NCBI GenBank assembly: GCA_002502175.1
Contig: DAPQ01000058.1
Span: forward strand, 1 to 50,144
From: Euryarchaeota archaeon UBA19
Lineage (GTDB): Archaea; Thermoplasmatota; Poseidoniia; Poseidoniales; Thalassarchaeaceae
Length of the DNA: 50,144 nucleotides
Reading direction: 5' to 3'
Shown: positions 17,722 to 26,765 of the stretch, in pieces
How positions within the stretch are numbered: the first letter of the stretch is position 1
Layout: the number at the start of each line of letters is the position of its first letter
Notes under the pieces: model-generated
Databases searched by the model: none
The model's input: only the letters and a program-made list of their open reading frames with translations
What the model was told of the DNA's origin: nothing
Position numbers and translations under genes: made by a program

Positions 17722-18951
17722 TTATGGCCAAGCCAAAGCCGGCCATGATTCAGGATCTTCCGATTCCCAATCAAGTGTATCAAGCATCGAGATTACTTCG
17801 TCCACTCCAGATAGATTTTCTTCAATCTGTCTCCTGTGAAGCCATCCCTTTAGACGCCCAAGTCTGATACCTGCTTCTAAGCCTGTGACCTGCATCAATT
17901 TCTCTCCATCAATCAATGGTTTATTGCCCACGCTATTAGGCTGAACATCAGAAGATGCTTCAATGAACTCAGCCCCTATATCTCCGAAGTATTCCATCAC
18001 TTCTTTCTTCATTGAGTCCGACAGAGCAGCATTAAATCGCCTAAGTGAGCTAATTTCATGGCTTAGGTCTGAAATTTGTAAATCGTGTAAAAACCGAATT
18101 GTAGAAGCCTGTTCATTGGATAACCTTAGGTTTCGCTTGAGATGATTTGCAAGCTCTATTCCCGACCGTTTGTCCTTGGAGCACAAAATCGCTAGATTAA
18201 CCAAGGGTGAACCCGAAAAACGTTCAATTCTAGCAAAATTAGTTTCAGGAATTACTTGGTTCAGGACTCCAAAACTATGCATTAACTGTGTCACTTCTTT
18301 GTTATTGATACCTTGCAGAATTCGCGATAACTCAGCCCACTTGCGCTCTGAGGAAACCTTGCTAAGCATGTGTAGATTTTCTGTTATTGCTACTTGTAAA
18401 TCCTCATCTAAAACTCTAGTTCCTAATTCACCCGAATCTAGGAAGCGAAATGCTCTCATTATTCTCAAACCATCTTCCCTTATTCTATCATGAGATTTTC
18501 CAACAGCGCGGATTATGCCGTCATTCAAGTCTTCCAACCCTCCAAATTCATCAATAATTTCACCAGTTATAGGGTCAACAGCCATGGCATTAATCGTGAA
18601 ATCTCGCCGTGCTAAATCTTCGATTATATCATCGCCAAATTCTACATCATCAGGTCTACGGCCATCTCCGTAGGTGCCGTCACAACGTAATGTGGTTACT
18701 TCCCAAGATTTGTCGGATTCTTCATCCAGTACCAATATGGTTCCAAATGCGGCCCCAACTGGAATTGTTTTGTCAAACAATTGACTAACTATATCCGGGT
18801 GCAAATCCGTTGCAATATCCATTTCAGTTGGATTTAACCCCTGCAATCTATCTCTAACCCAACCACCAACAATCCAGGCCTGACCTTGCTGAGACAGCCG
18901 TTCTAAGACTCGCCTGTCCGAAGCAGCGAGTTGGCTCAATAGGTCGCCCAT
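17722..18951 (-). CDS. cca: Class II (bacterial/eukaryal-type) tRNA nucleotidyltransferase / CCA-adding enzyme family
   Basis: 409 aa. It has GGWVRDRLQG..P.EMDIAT, TLRCDGTYGDGRRPDDVEFG and EDLARRDFTINAMA, the class II head-domain motifs. Confidence 0.8.
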   Translation of the reverse strand: MGDLLSQLAASDRRVLERLSQQGQAWIVGGWVRDRLQGLNPTEMDIATDLHPDIVSQLFDKTIPVGAAFGTILVLDEESDKSWEVTTLRCDGTYGDGRRPDDVEFGDDIIEDLARRDFTINAMAVDPITGEIIDEFGGLEDLNDGIIRAVGKSHDRIREDGLRIMRAFRFLDSGELGTRVLDEDLQVAITENLHMLSKVSSERKWAELSRILQGINNKEVTQLMHSFGVLNQVIPETNFARIERFSGSPLVNLAILCSKDKRSGIELANHLKRNLRLSNEQASTIRFLHDLQISDLSHEISSLRRFNAALSDSMKKEVMEYFGDIGAEFIEASSDVQPNSVGNKPLIDGEKLMQVTGLEAGIRLGRLKGWLHRRQIEENLSGVDEVISMLDTLDWESEDPESWPALAWP

Positions 18952-19025
18952 GACCTGCCTCCTTGAGGTCCAAACATCAACCCGTCGGGCATTATGCCTA
19001 TCTGTAATGCCCGTTTTCGAAGGCC

Positions 19026-19439
19026 ATGGAGGTCGAGTTGGTGCCGTTGGAGGTTCTTCGCCCTCATGAACAAATCATCCATAAAAAGGTGGATCAATTA
19101 GAGCGAATTACCCATCGCTGGAACGCTTACACAAAGCCACTTCTTCTAGATCGTACAACAGGAACAATCCTTGACGGCCATCATCGATATCACGTTGCAC
19201 AAAGGATTGGTTTGCTCTGTGTGCCGTGTGTTTTAATCGATTATTTGGAAGATGACTCTATTGAGTTAGACGTTTGGCCTAATTGTGGGCGAGATTCAAT
19301 CAGCAAACAGGATGTAATCGATGCTGCACTTTCTGGTGATTTGATGAGTCCAAAGACAAGTCGTCATCGTCTATCAGATCATCTTCCGCCAATTGCCGTT
19401 CCTTTGTCTAGATTGAGACAACCTGCGATTGCTGATTGA
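19026..19439 (+). CDS. ParB/sulfiredoxin-fold (ParB N-terminal-like) domain protein
   Basis: 137 aa. LEVLRPHEQI...PLLLDRTTGTILDGHHRYHVAQRIG resembles the ParB-like nuclease/NTPase domain core (L.P.....ILDGHHR). Confidence 0.5.
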   Translation: MEVELVPLEVLRPHEQIIHKKVDQLERITHRWNAYTKPLLLDRTTGTILDGHHRYHVAQRIGLLCVPCVLIDYLEDDSIELDVWPNCGRDSISKQDVIDAALSGDLMSPKTSRHRLSDHLPPIAVPLSRLRQPAIAD

Positions 19440-19445
19440 TTGCAC

Positions 19446-20441
19446 TTATTGATCTGCTAGAAGATTTCTTGCTGAAGATGAAATTAGTTCCAAATCGGAT
19501 TTAGTTAGTTCTTTCACCAAAGAAAGCGTCGATTCTGAGATAGGTCTACCGATCAAATCCTCAATTAGTCGCGAACGCATTTCTTCTGAGCGGGATTCAT
19601 CCATCAACAGGTCGTTCCGTAGAATCGACCCTGATTCACTTCTTTCTCCACGTAATAATCGAATCAATAACATCTCAGAGGCATCGGATTTTAGCATCTC
19701 AGGTAATCCCTCGACAGATGCCCAATCTGTATCTCGTAAGCTTCTCGAGAAGCGATTTACGAAAGCGGTGTTAGAATCTTCAATCCATGAATCTATTTGA
19801 TTTGGTGATAACGCTAGAAGAATGCTAGCAATTCGAGCCTTTACTTCACCTTTTGATTCGGAAATAAGTACGTTTAGTCGTTTTTCAATTTCCTCATTTA
19901 GTGTTGCAGAATCCGCTTCAATTATTCCAATCGCAGAGGCTCTGACTGTTTCTGAATCATCATTGAGAAGTTGCAAAATAATGTTAGAATCTACATTTTC
20001 CAAAGTAGATACTCGTTCTGCAACTGCTCTTCTTACCGCTCTATCCTCGACGATTAAGGCCTCTGAGATCGAGTTTTCATCAATACTTATTCTGGCCTTC
20101 CAAGCGGCCAATCTGATATTTGCTTCACCGTCGGATGAAAGTGTTTCAAGTATTGCCCGACCTGCTCCATCGGCTCTAATCGCAATTCTTGCTGCTAACA
20201 ATCTTCTAGAGTTCTCTCTCGATTTAGATAGTTTTTCAATCAGGGCCAAATCTTTGCTAGCAGCCCACTTTTCTATTGCTTCAAGGGCCTTTTCCCTGAA
20301 CCAAGGGTCAGGATCTTCGAGTAGTTTTTCAAAACCCTCCAATGCCTCTGGGTCATTTAATTCGAAGAGATGTCTGACCGCTCTTCGACGCTGTCTCACA
20401 TCGCTGTGGTTCAACTTAGCCAAGGCAGGCCTAACACTCAT
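19446..20441 (-). CDS. HEAT/armadillo-like repeat protein
   Basis: 331 aa, all-helical. Repeats of about 30 aa contain D..VR..A...L signatures (DVRQRRRAVRHL, DRAVRRAVAERV, SETVRASAIGII). Confidence 0.55.
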   Translation of the reverse strand: MSVRPALAKLNHSDVRQRRRAVRHLFELNDPEALEGFEKLLEDPDPWFREKALEAIEKWAASKDLALIEKLSKSRENSRRLLAARIAIRADGAGRAILETLSSDGEANIRLAAWKARISIDENSISEALIVEDRAVRRAVAERVSTLENVDSNIILQLLNDDSETVRASAIGIIEADSATLNEEIEKRLNVLISESKGEVKARIASILLALSPNQIDSWIEDSNTAFVNRFSRSLRDTDWASVEGLPEMLKSDASEMLLIRLLRGERSESGSILRNDLLMDESRSEEMRSRLIEDLIGRPISESTLSLVKELTKSDLELISSSARNLLADQ

Positions 20442-20512
20442 ACTGTCTGCGAATCAAAAGTATGGCATGAACACTACGCACTTACGAATCGGAAATTATC
20501 GAGGGTATCAGC

Positions 20513-21505
20513 TCATGGAACTAGGTCTTCATGGCCGCCAACCATTGGGGGTTCATCATCGTCCCAATCGGCTGGAGAGTCGATATCAATTGCAAGTAAT
20601 TGTCCAAATAGAGGCCACATAGGTTGTAGCCACTCCATCTCTGCCATTAGTAGCTCAAACACGGGATGCTCGACTAACTCATCTTCGGTCGCATCCTCAT
20701 CTAAGGGTGGTATGTCTGAAGGCATACCACGTAGTGATTCCACTAATTCTTCGATTCTTTCTATGGTTTCACTATCGATTTCAACCAATTCAACAATTAT
20801 GTTCAGAGCATCTTCGATATGGTCCGCTAATGCTTGTGGGTCGAGAGGATCACGTTCGGCCTCAGAAAGGTCCATTGGCCCAAATACAACATTTCCTAGT
20901 TCTGTATCTAACCAATCTTCACCCTGTCTTTCTCTTTTCAGTAAGGTTTGTTGAATGGGGCCACCAAATGGCCCCAAAACAAATCCTCCCTCTTCTACCA
21001 TACCTGCCACGGTAAGAGGGATTTCTCGCACCGCGCCGGTGATTAATACCCGGTCAACACCTCTAGATATCTCATCATTATCCTCTAAGGAGTGAACGGG
21101 TAGTACTCGAATCATTCCTTTTGATTCATGAAATTCTAACCTTTCTTCTGTATGGTATATAACCTCGGGATGAGGTTCGAGAACAGTTACCATTCCATCA
21201 TTTCCAACGATGTGGTCAATTAAGGCCGCTAGATATCCGCCTTTGGCTCCTATCAATAAGACATGTTGACCAACACGCAACTCAAGATGGTGAAGTAGAG
21301 TCGCAATCATGTGAGGCGCCGAGATGGTTTTCGCAGCATCATTTTGAGTAATTAGGAAGGGAACTGGTCTATCGTGCCAGAATGCATCTAATTCGAAGTC
21401 TGTAAACGACCCAATGAAGACGTGCTGCATGGCTTCAGCAACCTCATCTTCGATAGGAATACCACTTTTGCGTAACCTCTCCAAAAGGTCATCTAGGGGC
21501 TTCAT
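20513..21505 (-). CDS. Protein-L-isoaspartate O-methyltransferase-like protein with long acidic C-terminal extension
   Basis: ATG at 21505 is preceded by AGGTGA. ISAPHMIATLLHHLELRVGQHVLLIGAKGGYLAALIDHIV matches PIMT motifs (ISAPHM...; motif I is GAKGGY instead of GTGSGY). About 120 extra acidic residues at the C-terminus. Confidence 0.65.
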   Translation of the reverse strand: MKPLDDLLERLRKSGIPIEDEVAEAMQHVFIGSFTDFELDAFWHDRPVPFLITQNDAAKTISAPHMIATLLHHLELRVGQHVLLIGAKGGYLAALIDHIVGNDGMVTVLEPHPEVIYHTEERLEFHESKGMIRVLPVHSLEDNDEISRGVDRVLITGAVREIPLTVAGMVEEGGFVLGPFGGPIQQTLLKRERQGEDWLDTELGNVVFGPMDLSEAERDPLDPQALADHIEDALNIIVELVEIDSETIERIEELVESLRGMPSDIPPLDEDATEDELVEHPVFELLMAEMEWLQPMWPLFGQLLAIDIDSPADWDDDEPPMVGGHEDLVP

Positions 21506-21573
21506 AGGTTCACCTTTACTCAGATTATTGCACCACCAATCATTTGAACGCATTGCGTCCGCGCTCTCACTAA

Positions 21574-21649
21574 GGGCCCGTGGTCTAGGGGTTATGACGT
21601 CGCTCTTACAAAGCGAAGATCACCGGTTCAATTCCGGTCGGGCCCACCA
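21574..21649 (+). tRNA. tRNA-Val (anticodon TAC), CCA encoded
   Basis: Hand-folded cloverleaf. Acceptor GGGCCCG/CGGGCCC, anticodon stem TCGCT/AGCGA, loop CTTACAA, T-arm ACCGG-TTCAATT-CCGGT, discriminator A, then CCA at 21647-21649. Confidence 0.9.
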
Positions 21650-21706
21650 AAATACTGTCTTTTCCGCTTGTGAAAGAGTCAAGAAGGACGAGGCGAGCGA
21701 AGGGGC

Positions 21707-22393
21707 GTGGTCGAAGAGACTGCAGCGCTCGCCTCGAGGTTGAGCCGGAGACTCCGCAAGAGAGGCTGGAGCATAGCTACTGCCGAATCTTGTACCGGAG
21801 GTTTGCTGGCCTCAACCTTCACCGATATATCCGGTGCAACCAACTGGTTTGACCAAGGTTGGGTAGTATACAATAATGAAGCAAAAATGCGAGAACTTGG
21901 TGTGGAAAAATCCGCATTTGATCAAGGAGAAGCCGGAGCAGTCTCTCACCAAGTCGCATTACAAATGGCTCGAGGAGCACGCTATCGCTCCGATGCCGAG
22001 GTATCGATTGCTATCACTGGCATCGCTGGACCTGGCGGAGCAACACCTAGCAAAGAAGTAGGACTTGTCCACGTTGCCGTAACCGCCGGAGACCAATTCA
22101 TTGTCCGGAGAAGAGATTTCGGGGAAAATGACCGCTTAGATAACAAGAAATCCTTCGTATCATTTGCTCTGAGACTTTCTCTTGAACTTCTAGATCGAGT
22201 TGTAGAAGAAGAAGAACGTATCGCCGCCGTCGAAAGTCGTGTTGAAGGCGGCGAAGAGCAAGAGCCCGAATCAATGGACCCCAAATCAGAGCAATGGCAA
22301 GGTAATCTGTCATGGGCAGATTGGGAAACAGAGACTGTTGCGGATGAGATTCAGAAGGTGGATTTAGCATCCCTGACAGATTGGGATGAGTAA
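21707..22393 (+). CDS. CinA C-terminal domain / nicotinamide-nucleotide amidohydrolase (PncC) family protein
   Basis: GTG start. WSIATAESCTGGLLAS..T.ISGA...F..G.VVY.NE.K...LGV is the PncC/CinA signature. About 70 aa acidic C-terminal tail. Confidence 0.8.
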   Translation: MVEETAALASRLSRRLRKRGWSIATAESCTGGLLASTFTDISGATNWFDQGWVVYNNEAKMRELGVEKSAFDQGEAGAVSHQVALQMARGARYRSDAEVSIAITGIAGPGGATPSKEVGLVHVAVTAGDQFIVRRRDFGENDRLDNKKSFVSFALRLSLELLDRVVEEEERIAAVESRVEGGEEQEPESMDPKSEQWQGNLSWADWETETVADEIQKVDLASLTDWDE

Positions 22394-22465
22394 GATTTCA
22401 TTATTCGGCTCTACGAGCCGCACTAGGCGATATCATCATGAGCGGTCCTGTGTGTCCTTCGACAT

Positions 22466-24100
22466 ATGGCGGATGAGTCTTGGACTGAAAAGAGTCGAGC
22501 CCTCGCTGCCGCAGGCCTCATTGTAATGGGCCGAGATGCTCAAACAAAAATTGAGGAGTTAACCAATCTCGCTCCTTTGATTGAAGCAGCAAACGCGAGT
22601 AATACTCGATTGTTAACTAGTCAAAGTATAGACGAGTTACTAACAATAGTGCCTACAGAGGAAACCCTCACTGAAGAAGAACCTGTAATACAAAGTAATT
22701 CACAAACATTGCAAGCAACGTTGGCAAGACCGGAAACTGGTCAGGCTATTGGAAGGATAATCGCACCAATCACTGCAAATGAGCCCTCACCTGCACCTCG
22801 GCCTCATGGATTAGACCATTATCGGATGCAAGATTTCCCTATGCAGGCTTCAGATATTGATTCTGAGATTGAGATACATTTCGATATTACTGGCTCTTCT
22901 AGAACTGAAGGAAAAATGACTGATATCCAGTCATTTTTTGGAGATAGGTTGAAGCAAATCCGTAATCAATTGATTTCAGGAGCGGCGCTACCTCGTAGAC
23001 CTGTTAGTATTGCAGAAGCATGGAGAAATAGACAAAGACACACCTCAAAAGATTACGAGATTACCCTAGTTGGCCTAGCCTCTGAATCTCGTTTCACTCG
23101 TGCAGGAAACTTGAGTTTTGCTTTTGAAGACGAGACTCAAAACATTCAGTGTTCTCTTCGTCCACCATCAGGAGCAGGTCCACTTCACCCTGCTTTGGAT
23201 GGACTGATGAATGATGATGTAGTTGGAATCAGCGGCCATTTCCTTCTTGGAGAAAGAAGCCCTCTATTCATGGTAAGCAATATCCATCTCCCTCCCATGA
23301 GGCAGCATTCAAAGGCCACTGCGGGAGAAGATCAAGCGGTTTCCGCTGCCTTCCTTTCCGATGTGCACGTCGGCTCCAAGACTTTCTTAGCGCCTCAATG
23401 GGAGAAGATGATTCAGTGGTTCAATTCAGACCCATTAGCTCGGACTGTGAAATATTTCGTACTCAGCGGAGATGGAGTCGATGGAGTTGGAATTTATCCC
23501 GGTCAAGAAAGACACCTAGCGATTACAGACCTATTTGCACAATATGGAGAACTTGCCCGACTTCTCGAGGGTCTTCCAGATTGGGTAGATGTGGTGATTT
23601 TACCTGGAAATCACGATGCGGTTCGTCCTGCTGAACCTCAACCAGCGCTAGACCCAGAAGTACAACAGGACTACTCAGATGCAGTATTTGTTGGCAATCC
23701 GTGCGAATTTAGTCTGCATGGAGTTAGGATATTGTCTTATCATGGGAAAAGTATCGATGACTTTGTCGCAGGCCTACGTTCTGTTACCTATTCGAAACCA
23801 GAAATGGCGATGAGGGCTATGTTAGAAAGAAGGCATCTTGCTCCATCTTGGGGTGGAAAAACCCCTCTATCGCCAGAACCGGAGGATAGGATGGTAATTC
23901 AGCAAACTCCGGACATTTTTGTCACAGGCCACGTCCATGGACATTATGTTGGCAATCACAAGGGTACGACAATTGTCCACTCATCAACTTGGCAAGACCA
24001 AACCGATTACCAAAGGATGTTGGGTTTCCAACCAAAACCATGCATCTTGACTGTGATAAATCTGCATACCCATGAATCGGCTAGCATACCATTTGCCTGA
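22466..24100 (+). CDS. DNA polymerase II (PolD) small subunit DP1
   Basis: 544 aa. Calcineurin-like phosphoesterase motifs are present: FLSDVHVGS, SGDGVDGVGIYPGQ, LPGNHDAVR, GHVH. It also has an OB-like middle region. PolD is archaea-specific. Confidence 0.9.
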   Translation: MADESWTEKSRALAAAGLIVMGRDAQTKIEELTNLAPLIEAANASNTRLLTSQSIDELLTIVPTEETLTEEEPVIQSNSQTLQATLARPETGQAIGRIIAPITANEPSPAPRPHGLDHYRMQDFPMQASDIDSEIEIHFDITGSSRTEGKMTDIQSFFGDRLKQIRNQLISGAALPRRPVSIAEAWRNRQRHTSKDYEITLVGLASESRFTRAGNLSFAFEDETQNIQCSLRPPSGAGPLHPALDGLMNDDVVGISGHFLLGERSPLFMVSNIHLPPMRQHSKATAGEDQAVSAAFLSDVHVGSKTFLAPQWEKMIQWFNSDPLARTVKYFVLSGDGVDGVGIYPGQERHLAITDLFAQYGELARLLEGLPDWVDVVILPGNHDAVRPAEPQPALDPEVQQDYSDAVFVGNPCEFSLHGVRILSYHGKSIDDFVAGLRSVTYSKPEMAMRAMLERRHLAPSWGGKTPLSPEPEDRMVIQQTPDIFVTGHVHGHYVGNHKGTTIVHSSTWQDQTDYQRMLGFQPKPCILTVINLHTHESASIPFA

Positions 24101-24103
24101 CCT

Positions 24104-24778
24104 TCATTCTGGAAAAGGCTCACCAAACATAGGCTGCCAAATGTTTCTCAAATCTTGGCCTTCAATGATAGGAACTCCTGCCTTGACAAAATCTTCTGCG
24201 CCTCTGTTTGGAGCCGGATTAAATCCTATGAATCGAGAACCAGGAATCATCATTGAAAGGTCGGGTCCTGAATCTCCAACCGAAACGATATTTTCCGGGT
24301 CAATGGAATTAATTCTAGCAAATTTTTCTACTGTAATCCCTTTATCATGCGATTGAACTGCAGTGGGCTTCGACCCGATCAACCACCCTTCTTCATCCCA
24401 TTCAAATCCATTTGCAGCCCAATCATCAACCTTGAGCATATTTGCAATCGAACCGATAAGTAGGTCTACGCCTGAAGAGACAATGGCAACCAAAATCCCC
24501 CGATTCTGTAATTCCTCCACAACTTCCCTTGCTCCAGGCATCAACTTGATTCCCGAATAACATCTCATGATATCATCTCGATGTATTTCAGGCTGGACGT
24601 CCCTCCAGAGGCGGATATCGTCGAGAACAAATTCCTCCTCTGTGACTTCTTTACGGATGAATTTGGCAAGCATCTCTTTGTTTTCCGTTCCAAAATAATC
24701 GTGAATATTCTGCCATGATGAAGCATTTGCAGCTAATACCCCATCACAATCGAAGGCCACAGCCTTGACTTCCTTCAT
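24104..24778 (-). CDS. HAD-superfamily hydrolase, phosphoserine phosphatase-like
   Basis: ATG at 24778 gives MKEVKAVAFDCDGVL (motif I, DxDG). Also VSSG (motif II) and VGDSGPDLSMM (motif IV). Confidence 0.7.
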   Translation of the reverse strand: MKEVKAVAFDCDGVLAANASSWQNIHDYFGTENKEMLAKFIRKEVTEEEFVLDDIRLWRDVQPEIHRDDIMRCYSGIKLMPGAREVVEELQNRGILVAIVSSGVDLLIGSIANMLKVDDWAANGFEWDEEGWLIGSKPTAVQSHDKGITVEKFARINSIDPENIVSVGDSGPDLSMMIPGSRFIGFNPAPNRGAEDFVKAGVPIIEGQDLRNIWQPMFGEPFPE

Positions 24779-24861
24779 AATCTGCCCTGCATCAAGCAAG
24801 GTGTTTAGATTCTACGCTGCGATGGGTTGGATATATTGCACACTTACCTCTGGCCTGACAT

Positions 24862-25119
24862 ATGGAAGAGGGCGACCTGGCAATTAAGGTCAAAATGCTA
24901 TTTTTTGGGCCCTTAGCAGAATCCATGGGTCAGCGAGAAATCGAGGTTGCCTTACTTCAGGGTTCTAGTGCTAGAGATTTAATCGATAGATTTCGGTTGA
25001 CTCCGATGCTAGATTCCGGACTTAGAGTTGCGATTGATGGTGTGGTAGGAGCGGATTTAGACGAAAGTCTGTCCGATGCTTCAGAAATTGCATTCTTGCC
25101 TCCGGTTTCCGGTGGTTGA
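24862..25119 (+). CDS. moaD: MoaD/ThiS-family ubiquitin-like sulfur carrier (SAMP-like), C-terminal GG
   Basis: 85 aa. It has KMLFFGPLAE..G and ends ...EIAFLPPVSGG, the MoaD signature. Confidence 0.75.
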   Translation: MEEGDLAIKVKMLFFGPLAESMGQREIEVALLQGSSARDLIDRFRLTPMLDSGLRVAIDGVVGADLDESLSDASEIAFLPPVSGG

Positions 25120-25195
25120 CTAAAAAACCGACAAAATACTGTTTTCTTTGCCGAAGACTTTGAGAGAGGGCTACCACACCCGGTGGTTGAGAAAG

Positions 25196-25402
25196 ATGAT
25201 TGGAAGCACCGAATTAATTATCATCGGGATATTGGCCATATTCCTTTTTGGTGCCAAAAGAATCCCTGAACTGGCTAGAAATTTAGGTAGAGCCAAGGGT
25301 GAATTCCACGCTGGGGTCTCAGATGTCACTTCCCCTTCTAGTGCTGAGATAGATATGGATCGAGGCGGCGTCAGTGACGAAGTTGCTAACGAGAATGAGT
25401 AA
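25196..25402 (+). CDS. tatA: Twin-arginine translocase TatA/E family protein
   Basis: ATG at 25196 gives MIGSTELIIIGILAIFLFGAKRIPELARNLGRAKGEF, the canonical TatA TM helix plus amphipathic helix. Confidence 0.8.
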   Translation: MIGSTELIIIGILAIFLFGAKRIPELARNLGRAKGEFHAGVSDVTSPSSAEIDMDRGGVSDEVANENE

Positions 25403-25409
25403 TTCCGTT

Positions 25410-25907
25410 TCATTTCTTTCTCTTCAATCTAAGTGCTGCACCACAATCGTGGCACTCACCGTAATTTTTCTGTTTTGCAACGGTTGATTCTGGGGCGTCA
25501 TATTCACTTTTACAGCCACTGCAGACCAAGGTCCAAGACCAAACCTCTCTAATCCCCACTTCACTTACTCCTTGCCATTCTATGTCAAGGAAACTTGCGA
25601 TATTTTGCATTCGGTAATCATCAGTAATGAGTAGAGCCGATCTTTCTAATGCCAGCGAGACCAAAGCAAGGTCAGTTTCAGAAATCCCACTGATATCTCC
25701 ACTTTGTTTCGCTGCATCTACTGCCAAATCTATTGAATCTTGATTTGGTTGACAAAATACTAAACCCATGCTATCCAATAATGCTGCTCTATCTGGTGAT
25801 ATTCGCAGTAATTCTTCTTCTTGATGGCGAACTATTAGCCCGCCAGATAATTCAGTCATTGGCCACGCTATCAAGGCGGCAGTGTCAAGCACACGCGCCT
25901 TGGCCAT
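25410..25907 (-). CDS. PIN-domain endonuclease with C-terminal zinc ribbon (Nob1-like)
   Basis: ATG at 25907 gives MAKARVLDTAALIA (PIN Asp). Also LITDDYRMQNIA, and a CSGC...CHDCG zinc ribbon at the C-terminus. Confidence 0.6.
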   Translation of the reverse strand: MAKARVLDTAALIAWPMTELSGGLIVRHQEEELLRISPDRAALLDSMGLVFCQPNQDSIDLAVDAAKQSGDISGISETDLALVSLALERSALLITDDYRMQNIASFLDIEWQGVSEVGIREVWSWTLVCSGCKSEYDAPESTVAKQKNYGECHDCGAALRLKRKK

Positions 25908-26009
25908 GCTAATGGGTAGACGGCACAACCTATCAGGGGTGGGGTAGAGTTGTTGTGTATCGACAACAGGCGGTAACCTTCATCGGGAATCGGTTAGGGG
26001 CTTGGTTTG

Positions 26010-26618
26010 ATGGAGATCCTACCTGAGGGGATTGTCGACTCTGCAATTGAATGGGCAGATGGCCTTGGATACCTCGGCTTGGCAATTCTAACTTCCACTG
26101 AGGCGGCGTTACAACCAATTCCTCCAGATCCTTTAGTTTGGAACATGATTCTAGAAGCAGATAGCGGACTTGTAGTAGCTACCGTAGTCCTAATTGCAAC
26201 GCTATCAAGCGTTCTTGGCGCTCTTGCAGGATATGCAATTGGTATGTACGGCGGAGGTTGGCTGCTGGAGAGATTTGTTTCTCAATCAACTATTGCAAGA
26301 TTGAATGTACTCGTAGATAGATATGGTTCTGCTGGAATATTCATCGCAGCGGTCTCTCCAATTCCATACAAGGCCCTAGCTTGGATAGCAGGAGCCGGGA
26401 GAATGGACTTGCGACTATTTGTTGCAGCAGGAATTGTTGGAAGAGGACTTAGATTTGGCATTCCAGGTGCATTGTTGGGAATTTATGGGGAGTCTATGAA
26501 GTCTTCAATGACCGGTGTAGAGGGTGCGATAACCTTCAGCTTAGTCTCAATTATTGGGCTAATTGTTGTGATTCCTGCTGCTCGCTGGTGGAAAGGTCTA
26601 CTCGATGAAGAAGAATGA
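26010..26618 (+). CDS. DedA/YqaA (VTT domain) family membrane protein
   Basis: About 202 aa. It has EAALQPIPPDPLV, ISPIPYKALAWIAGAGRM and 4-5 TM segments. Confidence 0.7.
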   Translation: MEILPEGIVDSAIEWADGLGYLGLAILTSTEAALQPIPPDPLVWNMILEADSGLVVATVVLIATLSSVLGALAGYAIGMYGGGWLLERFVSQSTIARLNVLVDRYGSAGIFIAAVSPIPYKALAWIAGAGRMDLRLFVAAGIVGRGLRFGIPGALLGIYGESMKSSMTGVEGAITFSLVSIIGLIVVIPAARWWKGLLDEEE

Positions 26619-26664
26619 TTCTAACCAATTCGATTATTTGTGAGTTGTATCTCGGACGGCCACC

Positions 26665-26742
26665 GCTCCTGTGGTGTAGCACGGTCCATCATTCCGGGTT
26701 TTCATCCCGGCGACCCGGGTTCAAATCCCGGCAGGAGCACCA
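26665..26742 (+). tRNA. tRNA-Glu (anticodon TTC), CCA encoded
   Basis: Acceptor GCTCCTG/CAGGAGC, anticodon stem CCGGG/CCCGG, loop TTTTCAT, T-arm CCGGG-TTCAAAT-CCCGG, discriminator A, then CCA. An AT-rich box (GATTATTTG, 26631-26639) lies about 26-34 nt upstream. Confidence 0.9.
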
Positions 26743-26765
26743 GATTATCTAATTCAAGCAATAAT

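Noticed and set aside
19822-20954. Long plus-strand ORFs 19822-20622 and 20370-20954
   Set aside because: They are Ser-rich antisense shadows of the HEAT-repeat and PIMT-like genes. No motifs are present, and they overlap two well-supported minus-strand CDSs.
25933-26118. 61-aa minus-strand ORF
   Set aside because: It overlaps the 5' end of the DedA/YqaA gene on the other strand. It is Pro/Gln-rich with no motif and no SD.
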